Shown piece after piece: positions 11,046 through 25,451 of a stretch of 63,612 nucleotides of DNA; the first letter of the stretch is position 1, and each line of letters opens with the position of its first letter. Source of the DNA: Paraspadella gotoi (lineage: Eukaryota > Animalia > Chaetognatha). The translations under genes and the position numbers were made by a program. The stretch is from the NCBI GenBank assembly GCA_051294375.1, contig CM119270.1, positions 16,557,693 to 16,621,304 of the forward strand, given 5' to 3'. The notes beneath the pieces were generated by a model. It was given only the letters and a program-made list of their open reading frames with translations, ran no database searches and was not told the DNA's origin.

Positions 11046-14000
11046 TAAATTTCTATTATTCATTTGTCCCAAGAAATGTCGAGGTTGTCATCGTCATCTC
11101 TGACGCATCATTTTTTATTTTCGTCGTCGTCGTCGTCGTCTTCGTCGTCGTCGTCAGCAACATTTCTTTTTTTTTTCGTCGTGATTCTATTCAACTCCAA
11201 AACGGTCCAAAACTGTACCATCAAATTGAGAAGAAAAAAATATCTAGAGAGAAGAGAGAGGAGAGAGAAAGAGAGGAGAGAAGAGAGAGAGAGAGAAGAG
11301 ATGAGAAGAGGCAAAAAGAAACATTTGTTCATTCGGCAAATCGCGCAGATCTTTTTTTCTCTCTGTCTTTATTTCCAATGTAATTGATGTTTTAATGTTT
11401 AGNNNNNNNNNNNNNNNNNNNNNNNNNNNNNNNNNNNNNNNNNNNNNNNNNNNNNNNNNNNNNNNNNNNNNNNNNNNNNNNNNNNNNNNNNNNNNNNNNN
11501 NNNNNNNNNNNNNNNNNNNNNNNNNNNNNNNNNNNNNNNNNNNNNNNNNNNNNNNNNNNNNNNNNNNNNNNNNNNNNNNNNNNNNNNNNNNNNNNNNNNN
11601 NNNNNNNNNNNNNNNNNNNNNNNNNNNNNNNNNNNNNNNNNNNNNNNNNNNNNNNNNNNNNNNNNNNNNNNNNNNNNNNNNNNNNNNNNNNNNNNNNNNA
11701 ATAGCGTGAAATCGAAAATTGGAGCCTCGAAGAAAAAAAGAATGAGAGAAATTAACTGACGTCGCCTGACTCGAGTGATAAATAATGACGAGGATCGACA
11801 GATATTGACGGCAAACGACAACGAGGTTCAACAATTAGACAATCTTGGCCGAAAAGGGCGTTCGTTAAAGATATCCGAATGGGAGTTGGACAAGTTAAAA
11901 GCAGGGCGAGGGTAGAGAATATACCGTAAATGTTTCCAACAAATTTACACAGGAAAACAATGAAATTAAAACCCTTTATTGTACGAATTCGCATTGCATC
12001 ACAAACTAATTAAACCCAGAATGTTACGGAAAAATATGTGTTTGGATAATTATAGTTATAATTATAATTATAGTACCAAACTAACTCGTTTTAAGTTCAA
12101 AAATTGTGAGAAAAACTCTCTCTGTCCAAATGAAGAAGGCTCATTGAAATCTACGTACCTGCTAATACTATTACATAAACGTTATAAAAATGATATACAG
12201 TAAAAGAATTACGAGTGTAATCAAATCTTTTTGTATCGGTCCAGATTGAAGTCCCTGTATTATTCTTTGTTTTCGTTCTTCCAGTTTCCGATTCCATTCG
12301 GTTCCTAACTCACCCTCCACCCCCCCATCTTCCTCATCCTTTCCCACTTCATCCTCTTCCTCCTCCTCTTCCTCCTCTTCCTCCTATTCCTCCTCTTCCT
12401 CCTCCTCCTCCTCCTCCTCCTCCACCCCCAACCGTTTCTTCAAAACAGATTTTCCCCAAATTTACTTCTCATCGAAGATTTTCTCATTTTTTTCCCGGAA
12501 TTCGGAAGGACCTCTGACGGAGAGTAAGAAAACGACGACAATGAAGATGACGACGACGACGATGAAGATGACGAAGACGACGTCGATGATGAAANNNNNN
12601 NNNNNNNNNNNNNNNNNNNNNNNNNNNNNNNNNNNNNNNNNNNNNNNNNNNNNNNNNNNNNNNNNNNNNNNNNNNNNNNNNNNNNNNNNNNNNNNNNNNN
12701 NNNNNNNNNNNNNNNNNNNNNNNNNNNNNNNNNNNNNNNNNNNNNNNNNNNNNNNNNNNNNNNNNNNNNNNNNNNNNNNNNNNNNNNNNNNNNNNNNNNN
12801 NNNNNNNNNNNNNNNNNNNNNNNNNNNNNNNNNNNNNNNNNNNNNNNNNNNNNNNNNNNNNNNNNNNNNNNNNNNNNNNNNNNNNNNNNNNNNNNNNNNN
12901 NNNNNNNNNNNNNNNNNNNNNNNNNNNNNNNNNNNNNNNNNNNNNNNNNNNNNNNNNNNNNNNNNNNNNNNNNNNNNNNNNNNNNNNNNNNNNNNNNNNN
13001 NNNNNNNNNNNNNNNNNNNNNNNNNNNNNNNNNNNNNNNNNNNNNNNNNNNNNNNNNNNNNNNNNNNNNNNNNNNNNNNNNNNNNNNNNNNNNNNNNNNN
13101 NNNNNNNNNNNNNNNNNNNNNNNNNNNNNNNNNNNNNNNNNNNNNNNNNNNNNNNNNNNNNNNNNNNNNNNNNNNNNNNNNNNNNNNNNNNNNNNNNNNN
13201 NNNNNNNNNNNNNNNNNNNNNNNNNNNNNNNNNNNCTTTAAACCAATTACCGTCTCCACTCCCCTCTATTTTCTCTGAGGTCAGTCCAACCTCCTTTTTC
13301 TCTTCGAGCGATCGAATCGACTTCTTGACCACACCATTTCTGCCCTTTTCCTCTTTCTCCGTGATTCCCGGTCTCCCCAGCTTTTTTTTTACTTTGCCCT
13401 CTGNNNNNNNNNNNNNNNNNNNNNNNNNNNNNNNNNNNNNNNNNNNNNNNNNNNNNNNNNNNNNNNNNNNNNNNNNNNNNNNNNNNNNNNNNNNNNNNNN
13501 NNNNNNNNNNNNNNNNNNNNNNNNNNNNNNNNNNNNNNNNNNNNNNNNNNNNNNNNNNNNNNNNNNNNNNNNNNNNNNNNNNNNNNNNNNNNNNNNNNNN
13601 NNNNNNNNNNNNNNNNNNNNNNNNNNNNNNNNNNNNNNGGAAAAAGTTAGAAAGAGATGAAAAAGAAGACAAGACGTAGAAAAAAAAGGAAAGGGGGTAG
13701 AAGGAAAAAGGAAGACGAGGAAAAGATGAAACTACAAAGGAAAAGGAAAAAGAGAGAAAAGGGAAAAGTGGAAATAAAAGAAAATGGAAGACGAAAGATG
13801 GGAAGAGGTGGGTACAATTTGACGAGGGAGTTTCGGTGCGAAAGAGAAAAATGAAAGGAGGTTAAGTAGCAACAACAACAACAACAATCGCTACAACAAC
13901 AACGCAGCAGGTACCATTTTTGATTCTTTACCCCCACGGGGATTCGGTAACCACAGTCGAAGTACCTTTCACGTAATCAGGTCGTTACGTCTTTTTTTTT

Positions 14001-14839
14001 GCTCCGGTTAAATGGAAAGAAAAGACAATTGAAGATTTTTTCAGGGATTAACTACTATATTTCTCACCTTTGGTGAGTAATAAACCTGTTAATTTGTCTA
14101 ACCTTTATTATTTATATCGTCTTCACCGAATCGCAAGCTTTTTTTTCCTCGAATCGAATCAATTAAGTCGTATTTTCGCGGGATCTTTTGTTTGTTTATT
14201 CAAAGCAGCTGCTTTCGCCGCCGCCGGCGTCGGCGCTGAGGTGGCCACTCCCGTAAACATTGCGCAACGGATGACGACGATGATGATGATGATGATGAAT
14301 ATGATGATGATGATGCAGCAAATAAAACGACGTAGACGACGACGATAACAACGTCGTCTTCTCAAACCACGTGGAGTCATGGACAGACGTCAGACGTCGT
14401 CCTATGGTCATTTGATTGACTCTCTTTCTCTCTCACGAACTCTCTCTCTCTTTATTTCTCTTTGTCTCTTTCGGATCAATGAAGCGACCATTTATATAAT
14501 TCAGAAAGTAAAGAAGCAAAATCTTTAGATTTAAAACATCTTCGAATGTGATAATAAATAAATTAAGGCCTTAAATTTTGAAGCCAGTGATGCTATCGCA
14601 TTCGTCTATAACCAGATGACCTTTTTCCTCCCCAATTTGGACATCAAAAAAAATTTATTAATCAAAATATAGACATCGAGTTCTATGAAACGGAGAAAAA
14701 TCATGTACCTCATTCGTTAACAATGCGAACTCCGGATTCGTAATTCAAAGGCCGATAAATCAAAAACAGAGTTTCATTCTTCAAATTTTCGTCTCGATGT
14801 TGATATTAGATTCCCTTTTTTTTTGTCCGCCTTGCCTTT

Positions 14840-14877
<38 letters not shown>

Positions 14878-15055
14878 CTCTCTTCTCTCTGCTCTCTCTC
14901 TCTCTCTCTCTCCTCTTTTAAAGCGTTTCCCCCCTTCTCAACTTGGACCATATGGTCTGCCCCGCCATTTCGTCCACTTCATTACCATTAGTCGGGGGGG
15001 TCCCATATTTCAGAGAGGCACCGCTTTTTAATTCTCTCTCTCTTCTCCCCCCTCT

Positions 15056-15089
<34 letters not shown>

Positions 15090-15954
15090 TTTGCTTCTGT
15101 CTGGAGATTGGCATCACCAAAACCTCATTTACAATCATTTCGGTCTTTCGTCGACCAATTTTCATGGTGACGAGCTTATCACTGAATCTCCCTCGAACAG
15201 GCAAAAATCAACTCTTTTGCGTATGACAACATTAACAAAAGTCTTACTTGTTCCAAAACATTTTTGAAATAGTTTTTTGTTTTTTTTGATAGATTGATAG
15301 AAAAAACACTTGATATTAAGGCCTTTGGCACAGAAGCAACATCTCCTATATTTTGGGGATTTACCATTAACCCAGCTATTTTCCCTTTTTTTAACTCGAC
15401 AAAGACGTTTACTAACATTGAGAGCAAAGAATCTCACTCTGGAACGTTACAATTTTGACCTCTTTAATACTCGAAATCTCACCACTCCTTGTGCACCCCT
15501 TCGTCAGCCCACCCCCCACTCCCCTCAACTCCTTACGTCACTTGTCTGTCCAGCGTCAACCCCCGTGGGGAACCCTCCCCCCTCGTTTCCCTGGGGGGAC
15601 TCGTTTTTCGCCCCCGCGTTTATCCCCCCAGGGGTCAACGTCGCTGCTCTTACGCGAATCAGGAAAAAAAAAGGAAAAGAATTAAAATAAGAAAGAAAAA
15701 AGAAAGAGAAAAAAAAAGCCGCAGCCTTTTGTTAAACTCGTCTAATTTATCGGCGGCCCCCCGCTCGTCTCTGGCCCAACGGGGTGGCGATCGACCGGGC
15801 AAACCGAGCGCCCGACGCCGGCACGGGGCCGTGAAGCGGCGCTCGAGCGGTCGACGGCAGCGGCGGCGGCGGCGGCGGCGGCGGTAACACGCCGAGAGAG
15901 AAAGGACACGGATAGTGAGTGAATCATTGAAAAAAAGCTGTCATGACGTGTACG

Positions 15955-15991
<37 letters not shown>

Positions 15992-18622
15992 AGTAGAGAG
16001 AGAGAGAGGAAGAGAAGAGAGATAGAGAATGAGAGAAGAGAGTAGAGCATCATGGCTATACTCGAAGCCTTCGAAAACAGCCGCAGCCTCCGGGAGCAGA
16101 CCGCGCGGCCGCCCCGGATTCGGGTGTGCTCCCCTGTCTCTCGACTTTTTGTCGCTCGGCTATTTCTTTAACTCCTCTTCCTCTTCCTTCTCCTTATCTC
16201 CCGATCCGCGCGGCACTGCAAAAGTTCGAATCCGAATCGTAGCTGCAGCGCGGATCTTATCTTCTCTTCTCTCTCCTCATATACCTCGTCTACCGCCGAG
16301 GCTCTCTCTCTGCCTTCCGAGGCGGATCGATCATAGGTTCGCGCGGAATCCGGGGAGTTCTTTTAAAGAGATTAAGGCCTTTTTGAAAGTATACATTATT
16401 GTAGGGTTTCATTGTCAAAAAAAAAAGAAAGAAAAATACAAAGCAAGACAGAGAAAGAACGATTGAGAGAGAATAGAAATGAAATAGAGAGGCGGAAAAA
16501 AATTAAAAATTTAGTTCAACAATTTTTTTTAATATTAAGATTTTTAGCTTTAAATAATTAATATTAATAAAAGAAGATATACACTTAACAATCTAATGAT
16601 AATATGCTGAAAAACAATTGAAAAATTGATGAATAAGGATAAAAATGATCGAAAATGAGCTATTGATATATTATTTTATTTGCATTTTTTGGTTACGCGA
16701 GGACGTATGAGAGTAAAGATTAGAAAAATTTAGAATCAAGTAGAAATATAAAATTTGAGCATTGCAGCTGTGAATATTTTTAGAATAATTTTTTTTTAGT
16801 TTTTCAGCAATTGTTTCGCATAGCCATATTTAAACATTGTTAAATTGTCAAAAATTTTAAAATATTTTTTTCTTACTTTTAAAAGTCAGATGTTAAATTT
16901 CTCCTATTAATTTAAATTTAATTCAATTGACTAAATATCAAATTTTCCAAAAATAAGTCTTTAGCAAGTTTTTTTTAAGCTTGCTCTTTTGTTCTCATAG
17001 ACAAGCTTCCCTTAGTGCTCCGTACAGTTTGAGTGTAGGAGGGTCGCCTTAGGCTTTCAGTGTAGTTATCCAGGAGTGTTAGCGAAACGTTGAAACAGAA
17101 GCCCGTCAGACATTTGTCTGAGAATCCTAAGAACTATCTACTACAACTGACTTTACTACTACTTACCTAACTACTACTTTAAGTTAAATGTGAAATTCAG
17201 AACCATTATTCACTCTTCTACGCTTAATTACGTACAGATATAATTTTTCTTTGTGTTACTATTGCCATGAATATATAAGTGTGAGGGGATAATCTTCTGT
17301 AGTTACCTGTTATCCATAGAAGTATTTAAATTGTTGGCTCTTTTAACTCGAACATGTGGCATATCTGACATCATTTTTACTCAATTCTTAATAATGTCTT
17401 TAGTCTATTATCTTTCTCTCGCGCCCCGAAATTGAGGGTCCTTTGAATATTGAGCATCAACTGTATTGATTTCTGTTACCTTTTTTAATATTTTCACAGA
17501 CTATTCAACAATCAATTAAAAACTTAGAGTTAATTTTAAAAAAATCATAGTATTGCTAAACAATTTTTAACTCCTCATGTGTCAGCTCTACAAAGTGGTT
17601 ATAGGAACTTATATTTTTTTAATTCCTTAGTTACTTTTTAACTTCTGAAAAGTTATATAAATAAATAATTTCTTTTTATACAAATGTCAAAAATCCAATT
17701 TTGTTTTTTTTGAAACATTTTCCTTAATTTAGAACTATATTGCTTGTTGGATCAGCTTGGATTTATTTGTTATTATTTTCTTGTTTTGTGTTTCACTCGG
17801 TGATTATTTTCAATGAAAGCCTGTTCTATTTTTACTACAAAATTCATTATATTTTTCGGTCCCTATAGAGAAAAAATAAAATTTTGTTGAAGAAGTACTT
17901 GAATACTTGCTAATCCCTTAAAAGAGAATGTCCGTTATTAAAGTAGTATTGGAAATATATTAAGCTTATTAAAAAAATATTCAAGTTTATATATATATAT
18001 ATATATATAATGTCTATAAGAGGAAGAAGTAGGGGAAATGACCAAAATAATACATTAATAAGAAAAATAAAGGATTATGTAAGTATGTAGCGAGTACTCG
18101 GACAAGAGCAAGGAAGAGAGTAAGGAATGAATGAGAGAGAGATGAAGAAAGATAAAGATGAGTATATCCTGGCCTAGGTTCACCGGTAAAAAGAAGAGAA
18201 AATCTCCTGCCGATCCGAGCGGAAGAGAAGTATATATCCGGAAGGAGAAGTGAGTTCGATAGGCAGTCCTCGCCGCGCCTCTGTCTACCTCGGTCTTCTC
18301 CGTCTCTCTCGTAGTCATGTATATCTCAGAGATGAGAGTGAGCGAGTATATCGGCAGATCTCGTGAAATAATAACTTATATCCTAATATGTGGTCTCAAT
18401 AAGGATAATATATGTATAGATATATATGAGATGAGTGGAGAGAGGAGAGAAATGAGTGAATGTATATATACGTATCAACTGATATTATATTTTTTATTAC
18501 CTCATATAATTATATATATATGCTCCCGTATATTTAGCACACATGACTTATCGAGTGGACGTATATCTAACTCTGTGCGTCTTCTGCGCTCGCTGTTNNN
18601 NNNNNNNNNNNNNNNNNNNNNN

Positions 18623-18715
18623 TCTCCCAGAATAGCATTTGGGTGGTTGGCCGTTGTGAAGATGTTTTCCCTCATTTGGCCGAGACGTTTTGGCCGCTTT
18701 CTTTCTTCTTCTGCC

Positions 18716-18753
<38 letters not shown>

Positions 18754-19060
18754 TTCCCTTCGTCCGAGTCTTTTCTTCAGATCCTTAATGGGGTCGGGAT
18801 TAACCTTTCGGAAGAGAACGAGTTTCGTTCCCAAAGACTTTATCTCCTTCGTTCGCATGAGATATGCAACAGGAGTTTTAGCGCGCCATCTCTGAGCGCA
18901 AGTGTCTCTCGCTCCTTTGCATGTATTTCGGGGCGTAATTGTTTCTTGCCCCTTTGGTCGTATTTCCGAGCGCAGGTGTTGCTCGCCACTTTGATCGCAT
19001 CTCTGAGCAAGTGTCTCTCGCCATTTGGTCGCATCTCTGTGCGCAAGGTGTTACGTACAT
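18623..19060 (-). pseudogene. Frameshifted coding-like fragment: five 36-nt (12-aa) repeats followed by unique sequence and an acidic tract
   Basis: Units translate as KG(E/K)(R/Q/K)(H/Q)LR(S/P)E(M/I)(R/H)x and lead via single-base indels into KTPVAYLMRTKEIKSLGTKLVLFRKVNPDPIKDLKKRLGRREDDDD. Confidence 0.35.
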
Positions 19061-19400
19061 AGAATAGTGAGATTCTGAGAAATCGTTGCTCACATTTTAA
19101 GCGGCAAAGGATTATTGCATAAATTAAATATAATTTTAACATATTTTAACGTAATGAAAGATGTAAACGAAAAACAGTTTGGTTCGCACGCAAAACAAAA
19201 GGAACACACGCAGTTCGCACGCACGGGGCTGAAAAGTCGACAGAGACAGCGTTTACAGTCACGGACAAATTATTGACGTTTTTACTAGGAAAAGCATCAA
19301 TTACGTGACGTCAGAGAAGAGGAGAGGAAATTGTCATGTCGTCGCCGTCGTCGTCGTCGTCTGCTTCGTCGTGGCCGGCGTCGTCGGGCTTGTCTCTCTT

Positions 19401-19435
<35 letters not shown>

Positions 19436-19523
19436 ATTGAAGGCGTCGACTTTTAAGACTCGGTCATCAATTTGGAAGTTGGGAGCTCGTCGCCGCAGAG
19501 GGTAACAATTTGCGCAGAGGGAG

Positions 19524-19564
<41 letters not shown>

Positions 19565-21253
19565 TAATTTTTTACAGATTTCTGAAAAGGAATACTATTT
19601 GTTAAATTAGATAAGGTCAAAGTTTTTTTAATTGTTATTAATCCTGGCGCTCGTTATGAAATAAGAATTAAATTGTTTATAAATCTATTTAGTAATTATT
19701 TAATTAAACAAATGATTAATACCTTAATTCATTCTCCTCATGCGGAACATCTTTTCATTCCTCAGAAATCTCTCAGAAGCCTCGACACGAACTCACCCTT
19801 CTCATCCCTTACTTACTCTCCCTTACTCCTTACTTACCCCTTACTCCTTACTTACCCCTAACTCACCCCTATCCCAATCCAAGGATGAAATGTTTCATCG
19901 TTCGATTCCATTTTTATCGCTTCCGACGGAAAGAGAGAATTCCACGATTCCATTCTCCCCCCCCAAATAAAACCCCAAAAAAGGGGGGATTCCATTTTGT
20001 CGAGATCTAAGCACCATATTTGGCGTCGTAAATGGCGTCATTTCGGTTTCACGTGGGTCGTAAAAAAAGGGAGATTCCAATTCCTTGACTCGACTTTTTT
20101 TTCTTTTTTCTTTCCTCCATTTTGGGTTTTTTTTTTCTTTCTCATCATTCAGTTTCTCCCTTTAAAGTTTATATTTCATTTTATATACAAGAAAAAAACT
20201 AAAAACATTNNNNNNNNNNNNNNNNNNNNNNNNNNNNNNNNNNNNNNNNNNNNNNNNNNNNNNNNNNNNNNNNNNNNNNNNNNNNNNNNNNNNNNNNNNN
20301 NNNNNNNNNNNNNNNNNNNNNNNNNNNNNNNNNNNNNNNNNNNNNNNNNNNNNNNNNNNNNNNNNNNNNNNNNNNNNNNNNNNNNNNNNNNNNNNNNNNN
20401 NNNNNNNNNNNNNNNNNNNNNNNNNNNNNNNNNNNNNNNNNNNNNNNNNNNNNNNNNNNNNNNNNNNNNNNNNNNNNNNNNNNNNNNNNNNNNNNNNNNN
20501 NNNNNNNNNNNNNNNNNNNNNNNNNNNNNNNNNNNNNNNNNNNNNNNNNNNNNNNNNNNNNNNNNNNNNNNNNNNNNNNNNNNNNNNNNNNNNNNNNNNN
20601 NNNNNNNNNNNNNNNNNNNNNNNNNNNNNNNNNNNNNNNNNNNNNNNNNNNNNNNNNNNNNNNNNNNNNNNNNNNNNNNNNNNNNGGGCGGCGCCGTGGC
20701 GCGCCGCTTTATAATTCCGCCGGCGCCGTCATATTTTACTGTTGGCGACGCAAAGGATTTCGTAGTCTTCGTCGACGTCATCGTCGCGGTTTTATTATCG
20801 TCATCTTCGTCGTCAGTCGACGACATTATCCAACTTGTTCTAATCTATAGGAATCCTATTTACTTAGGAAGCCATACAAATTGTTATCAATGTTTAAAAT
20901 ATTATCATCAAAATTAGAAACAAGTTTAAATTCACGATTTTTTAAAAATATTCTAATTAAAAACAATACGACTGTCTAAATCTCTTTAATTACATCAAGG
21001 ATTGTCGTCAGTAGTCAGTAGGGCGCTGCGACTCGTCGCTTCGAACAAAAGGCAAAAAGTGATAAAAANNNNNNNNNNNNNNNNNNNNNNNNNNNNNNNN
21101 NNNNNNNNNNNNNNNNNNNNNNNNNNNNNNNNNNNNNNNNNNNNNNNNNNNNNNNNNNNNNNNNNNNNNNNNNNNNNNNNNNNNNNNNNNNNNNNNNNNN
21201 NNNNNNNNNNNNNNNNNNNNNNNNNNNNNNNNNNNNNNNNNNNNNNNNNNNNN

Positions 21254-21408
21254 CGCTCCGACCTCCTGCCTCACTCTGAATCTTTCTGTCCCTCTCTTGC
21301 TCTGTCTGTCTTTTTCATCTTCCATAGGGTCTCCTGCCGGCGGCTTTTTTTTTTTTCTGTCTGTCTGTTTTCTCCTCAGAATTTAGAGATTTCTCATTTT
21401 TGTCTTTC

Positions 21409-21466
<58 letters not shown>

Positions 21467-22894
21467 CTCTCTCTCGTCTCTTCTTCTGCGTCTCGCGCGA
21501 GTGTTTCAAGCATCGGTTTCATTACAGTGTTTCGTTCTTCCCGCCGGGCAGGAGACCCTATGAAGATGAAAAAAGACAGACAGAGCAAGAGAGGACAGGA
21601 AAGATTCAGAGTGAGGCAGGAGGTCGGAGCGGTAGGGCGCTGCGACTCGTCGTTCGAACAAAAGGCGCCAAAGTTGATAAAAAAGCGGGGTATCTCTCTC
21701 TTTTTGNNNNNNNNNNNNNNNNNNNNNNNNNAGAAAGAAAGAAAGAAAGAAAGAAAGAAAGGAAGAAAAAAGAGAAAACAAAATGATAAAAAAACAGAAA
21801 TAAAAGAAACAGAGAAAAACAGAAAGCTGGCGAGAAACAACGACACTTATTTTTTTTCATTTAAATAACAAGATTATTTAAAAAAAAGGAGAGGAAAAGA
21901 GAAAGAAATAGCGGGAGAAAAGAAAAAAGAGAGAGAGAGAGAGTGAGAGCACTAAACGTCCGCTTACAACGGAAGTATCTGTCCACCCTTTTGATGAAAA
22001 AGAGTTGGGAATGACAAGGAAGGAAAATTGGGGATTGTCATAGTTTATATGGAAAAATAAAAAAAGAGAAAAGTGTTGTGTTTACGATAAGATGGAAAAG
22101 AACACGCAGGGCTCGTTGGCGCGCCGCTTTGATCTCATTAAAAAGGAATAAAATGGGGTCGACAGACATTGCTATCAAATATGCATAGATACGACGCCGC
22201 CAAAGAGACGCAATCCTCTTTTTATTGATAAATAATATTTTTTTTCTCACCTCGTTTTAATTTTAATGTTTCTCTTTTCTTTCTTTATTAGGTTCGATAA
22301 AGTTGTTCGAAAGAATTACATATGCGTATTTGTCATCGTTAATTCTTGGCCAAAATGGTATCGTTATCAAAAGATAATGCTTTTTTTTTGTGGGATTAAA
22401 CGCTGCCGAAAGGTTATTATGAAAAATCATTGCGAATTGAAGATTTATTTTTTAGTTTTCAAAATTTTAAAGAGTTTGTACAATGTACATTAATAGGCAT
22501 GTTCGTCAAAATTAAACGACGTGAAATGATTTGACAATGTTAAGAAAGCAAAAAAAAAAACATTTTCATAATTGTACATCCGAAAATTATGAAAGAAAAA
22601 AAAGGAAACAGAGAAAACGAAAAGAAAATCAAGTTTGGAAAAAAGAGAGAAAAAAAATTGACAAAGAAAAAAGTAAAAGGAATCATTTTCTGAGGATTTT
22701 GAACAGTGAAAATTTGTGAACATAAAAACACTAATCAAGTCCGATCCTCTCTTTGCGGCGTGTGATAAAATGTGATAAAGTCACAATGGAACTGAACAGT
22801 TATCGTGAGATCAAAAGGAAAAAAAAAAGCGGAGGACGGATCCGCGAAAAAAAGATCGTCACTGGATTTTAGTGATCGTAAAACAGTCGTTGTT

Positions 22895-22927
<33 letters not shown>

Positions 22928-23294
22928 TCTTGAATTGAATGCAACCGGGGTCATTTCTTCGAACACCTGCCACAATAGTTTTATTGCACAATGGAAGTTC
23001 TTTCTTTCAGAGACAAACTCGAAATTCCAGCCTTTGCTCCCGGGGAAAATTTGGCCATAATTACTCTTTATTCTATCGCTCTTTTCTTTATTTTCTTTCT
23101 TTCTTTCTTTCTTCTTCTTTCTTTCTTCTTTCTTCTTTCTTTCTTTCTTTCTTTCTTTCTTCTTTCTTTCTTCTTTCTTTCTTCTTTCTTTTTCTTTCTT
23201 TCTTTTCTTTCTTTCTTCTCTTTCTATGTATTCTTACTGCTCTTTTTACTCTTAAAATTCTAACTTTTCTTAACGTCTTTCCTACCTTCTCTCT

Positions 23295-23342
<48 letters not shown>

Positions 23343-24712
23343 TCTCTCTCTCTCTCTCTCTCTCCCCCCTTAGTCATCAACGTTCTTTCTTTTCAAAAAA
23401 ATATGTCCCCACCCGATCGATTTTATTTCTCGTTCGACGCCGGTCATTAATTTACGAAATTCTCCGAAACGACGACGACGACGGACGACGACGACGCGAC
23501 TAGACGACACGAGACGACGACACACGCCCAGACAATTTTACGTTCACTAATCCCAGCGATCTTTTTTTCGCGGATCCGTCCTCCGCTTTTTTTTTCCTTT
23601 TGATCTCACGATAACTGTTCAGTTCCATTGTGACCTTTTATTACACATTTTATACAACGCCGCAAAGAGAGGATCGGACTTGATTAGTGTTTTTATGTTT
23701 CACAATTTTCACTGTTCAAAATCCTCAGAAAATGATTCCTTTACTTTTTCTTTGTCAATTTTTTTTTCTCTCTTTTTTCCAAAACTTGATTTCTTTCGTT
23801 TTCTCTGTTTCCTTTTTTTTCTTTCATAATTTCGGATGTACAATTATGAAAATGTTTTTTTTTTTGCTTTCTTAACATTGTCAACCATTTCACGTCGTTT
23901 AATTTGACGAACATGCCTATTAATGTACATTGTACAAACTCTTTAAAATTTTGAAAACTAAAAAATAAATCTCAATTCGCAATGATTTTTCATAATAACC
24001 TTTCGGCAGCGTTTAATCCCACAAAAAAAAAGCATTATCTTTTGATAACGTACCATTTTGGCCAAGAATTAACGATGAAAATACGCATATGTAATTCTTT
24101 CGAACAACTTATCGAACTAATAAAGAAAGAAAAGAGAAACATTAAAATTAAAACCGAGTGAGAAAAAAAAATATTATTTATCATAAAAAGAGGATTGCGT
24201 CTCTTTGGCGCGTCCGTTCTATGCATTATTTGATAGCAATGTCTGTCGACCCCATTTATTCCTTTTTAATGAGATCAAAGCGGCGCAGCCAACGAGCCTG
24301 CGTGTTCTTTTCCATCTTATCGTAAACACAACACTTTTTCTCTTTTTTTTATTTTTCCAATATAACACATCCCCATTTTCCTCCTTGTCATTCCAATCTT
24401 TTTCATCAAAGGGTGGACAGATACTTCCGTTGTAAGCGGACGTTCAGTGCTCTCACTCTCTCTCTCTCTCTTTTTTCTTTCTCCCGCTATTTCTTTCTCT
24501 TTTCTCTCCTTTTTTTTAAATAATCGTGTTATTTAAATGAAAAAAAGATAGTTCGTTGTTTCTCGCCAGCTTTCTGTTTTCTCTGTTTCTTTTATTTCGT
24601 TTTTTTATCATTTTGTTTTCTCTTTTTTCTTCCTTTTTTCTTTCTTTCTTTTTTCTTTCTTTTTTTTTTATTCGTCTGTCTGTTTTTCTTCATCAATTTA
24701 AATTTCTCATTT

Positions 24713-24750
<38 letters not shown>

Positions 24751-24995
24751 CTCTCTCTCTCGTCTCTCTTCTTCTCTTCTTCTCTCTCTCTTCTCTGCGT
24801 CTCGCGGCGAAGTGTTTTCAACATCGGTTTCATTGACAGTTTGTTTCGTCTTCCCGCCGGCAGGAGACCCTATGGAAGATGAAAAAGAAGACAGAGCAAG
24901 AGAGGACGAAAAGATTCAGAGTGAGGCAGGAGTCGGAGGCGGTAGGGCGCTGCGACTCGTCGCTTCGAACAAAAGGCAAAAAGTGATAAAAACGT
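21254..24995. repeat. Complex inverted/direct duplication, probably an assembly artefact
   Basis: About 21732-22925 is the reverse complement of about 23466-24660; 21345-21683 is directly repeated at 24660-24992; 21254-21343 is inverted at 21541-21631. 25-N gaps at 21707 and 24996. Confidence 0.8.
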
Positions 24996-25338
24996 NNNNN
25001 NNNNNNNNNNNNNNNNNNNNGACAATACCAAAAATTCCTTTTTCAAAACGAACCTCAACAATCAGGTCGTCAGAAGTCAAAACCTACCCGAAATACCAGA
25101 AGATTAACTTTCTCTCATTTTTTTTATTTTCAATTGACCCAGTCAATCTCTGGAAATCCTTTTCCTTACCCAGCCTGCCGACTCGCCTCTCCTGACCCTC
25201 CGCATGAACCCACCCAACCCGGTGCCTCACCTCCCATGACCTCCTCGACGAAACCCACCCCAGGATCCTCCGCCCAACTCGCCGGTCGACTCTCCCTTCA
25301 AACCTTATCTCTCTCATCTCCTTTTGACGTTCATTTTA

Positions 25339-25451
<113 letters not shown>

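Noticed and set aside
17053-17100. Hammerhead-like remnant (tttca...stem...CGAAACGT-tgaaa) resembling a Penelope pLTR
   Set aside because: The CUGANGA core is absent and the region is noisy, so it cannot be supported as a ribozyme.
22939-23373. Many RERERE, SLSLSL, FFLS, poly-R/D/T and X-filled ORFs throughout the track
   Set aside because: Translations of (GA)n, (CTTT)n and (GAC)n microsatellites or N gaps.
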